This document shows positions 62,195 through 64,000 of a stretch of DNA of 64,000 nucleotides, piece by piece (the first letter of the stretch is position 1; every line of letters begins with the position of its first letter). Source of the DNA: the human T2T-CHM13v2.0 reference genome, Homo sapiens; assembly GCF_009914755.1 (NCBI RefSeq), contig NC_060936.1; one strand, 5' to 3'. A program made the position numbers and the translations under genes. Under the pieces are notes generated by a model that was given only the letters and a program-made list of their open reading frames with translations, was not told where the DNA came from and searched no databases.

Positions 62195-63717
62195 CTAAAT
62201 CAGAATGCATGTATTGTACCTAGCACACAGTAAGCATTTAACATATACTATTTTTGCCACTGTATACTCCCAAATTATGAACATCTGATTTATGTTCTGT
62301 ATATAAAATTGCAAGCTACATATCACTAACCCTCTTTCCCCATTAACAGCCAAAATGAGAAATTAAGTAACTTTCATGGAGCAACACGGCAGCCAAATTG
62401 GTAAAATTATTTCTATGAAAATATTATCAAATTCAGATAACTAATCTGCAAACACATTTTCCCACTAGGCAATTCTTAGGTGAAGAATGTCATGAACTGA
62501 ATAGTTCTGTGAACAGCCGTTATTTTGTACATGCGTAGAAAAATTGTTAAGTAAAAATTAATCTCTGGGGCCAACAGGTCATTCTTCACCTAGCCTTACA
62601 AGAACTTTGTGTTCTGACCCCACTACTTTTCAGCTCCATCTCCAGAGATACACAGTGAGTGCTTCATTGCCTCAAAGAAATTATTTGTAGCTTCTATTCC
62701 CTTAAGGTGTTTTGCTCAGGCCTCTTAACTTTGCACAAGCATATCCCTCTACCAGGAACAATTAACCCCTTCCCCTTCATCCCATTCTCTGACCTCTTGG
62801 CAAATTCTTATACTTCCTTTATAAATTTAGTCAAATGCCCCTTCTTCCTAAGAAGCAACATCAGAGATCTCAAGACTCTGTGGAAACCAGGAAAAGGGGG
62901 GAACTAATTTACTTCTCCACAGAAGTAAAGTAAGTTCAGATGGGCTGAATACCAGTCAAGCAGTAAGCTTTCAAGCAAGTGAGGTCATGAGAAGAGCCCA
63001 TCAGAAATAAATGAAACAACACAATGCTACAGCCACTCCAAAGGCAGAAAGGTACATATACTTGGATCTACTGTAATGCACAAATATATTCTTGTCCATC
63101 CCAATCCTAATCCACCTAAGACTTTCTCCACATCAGCACCAGTTCATCTCAGCACTGCTGAACAGTCACACAACAGAACAGTTTGATCAGCGAACCTAAA
63201 TGGGCCTCAACACTGGCCAATAATCTTACTATATTTCTCTGCTGCACTTGGTCTCCTACTCTCCCCAATGTCTACTTCAAACTATCTCCACCATCCACAA
63301 TTATATGATGACCCTTTCCCTAACCCATACAGTGTGCCTGTGTGTATACATATGTACACAAAAATGAGTTAAACATAGAGCTTTCAGGTAGAAATTTCCT
63401 GAACTAACCTACACCAGTTATCTTCACTGCTCCTTGCCTATAATTATAGGAGTTTGACCAGTCCTTCATTATCCTAAACACATTTTCCTTGGCTTCTCTA
63501 TAACAATATCTTGGTTTTCTTCCAACCTCTCTGGCCACTCCTCTGCAGATTTATTCCACCCCTTTACCCCACCCTCAGCCACACATACACACACACCAGT
63601 GTGGCCTAAGTCCTGGCACAAGCATTTTTCTTCAATGTTTCCTCCTTAGGCAAGCTCATTCTGGGTGGACAACATCTACACACAGTGACTCCCAAATTTC
63701 CATCTCTGATCCTAACC

Positions 63718-64000
63718 TTTTTTTTTTTTTTTTTTTTTGAGACAGAGTTTTGCTCTTGTTGCCTAGGCTGGAGTACAATGGCGCGATCTCAGCTCACTGC
63801 AACCTCCGCATCCTGGGCTCAGCTCACTGCAACCTCCGCATCCTGGGTTCAAGTGATTCTCCTGCCTCAGCCTCCTGAGTAGCTGGGATTACAGGCACCC
63901 ACCACCACGCCTGGGTAATTTTTTGTATTTTTAGTAGAGATGGGGTTTCACGATGTTGGCCCGGCTGGTCTCAAACTCCTGACCTCAGGTGATCCACCTG
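63718..64000 (-). mobile_element. AluS-like with internal 30-bp duplication, runs off window
   Basis: T-tract then antisense Alu. Confidence 0.92.

Overview
Primate (human-like) genomic DNA lying entirely inside the 5' half of CDK17 (PCTAIRE-2, PCTK2) on the minus strand. Three exons are present: exon 2 (23080-22934, ATG at 23051), exon 3 (12327-12163) and exon 4 (1669-1536), together encoding aa 1-139. About 41 kb of intron 1 follows; exon 1 and the kinase-domain exons lie outside the window (exon numbering assumes the known gene model). The rest is repeat-rich intron: a full-length, retrotransposition-dead L1PA2-like element (4157-10186) antisense to the gene, an old fragmented L1M, about 37 Alu copies or fragments, MER85, MER1A, MER5A, MER33, MER63, Tigger3, MER21, L2 and MIR. 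Most notable: (1) the L1 keeps an intact antisense ORF0 whose first splice donor is exactly in phase with CDK17 exon 4, predicting an ORF0-CDK17 kinase fusion from the L1 antisense promoter; (2) a back-spliced exon 2+3 circle would be 312 nt, contain the start codon and have no in-frame stop, i.e. an endless ORF; (3) a young ~465-bp, ~98% identical inverted duplication in intron 1; (4) several template-switch and duplication scars. Repeat family names and boundaries come from recalled consensus sequences and are approximate.
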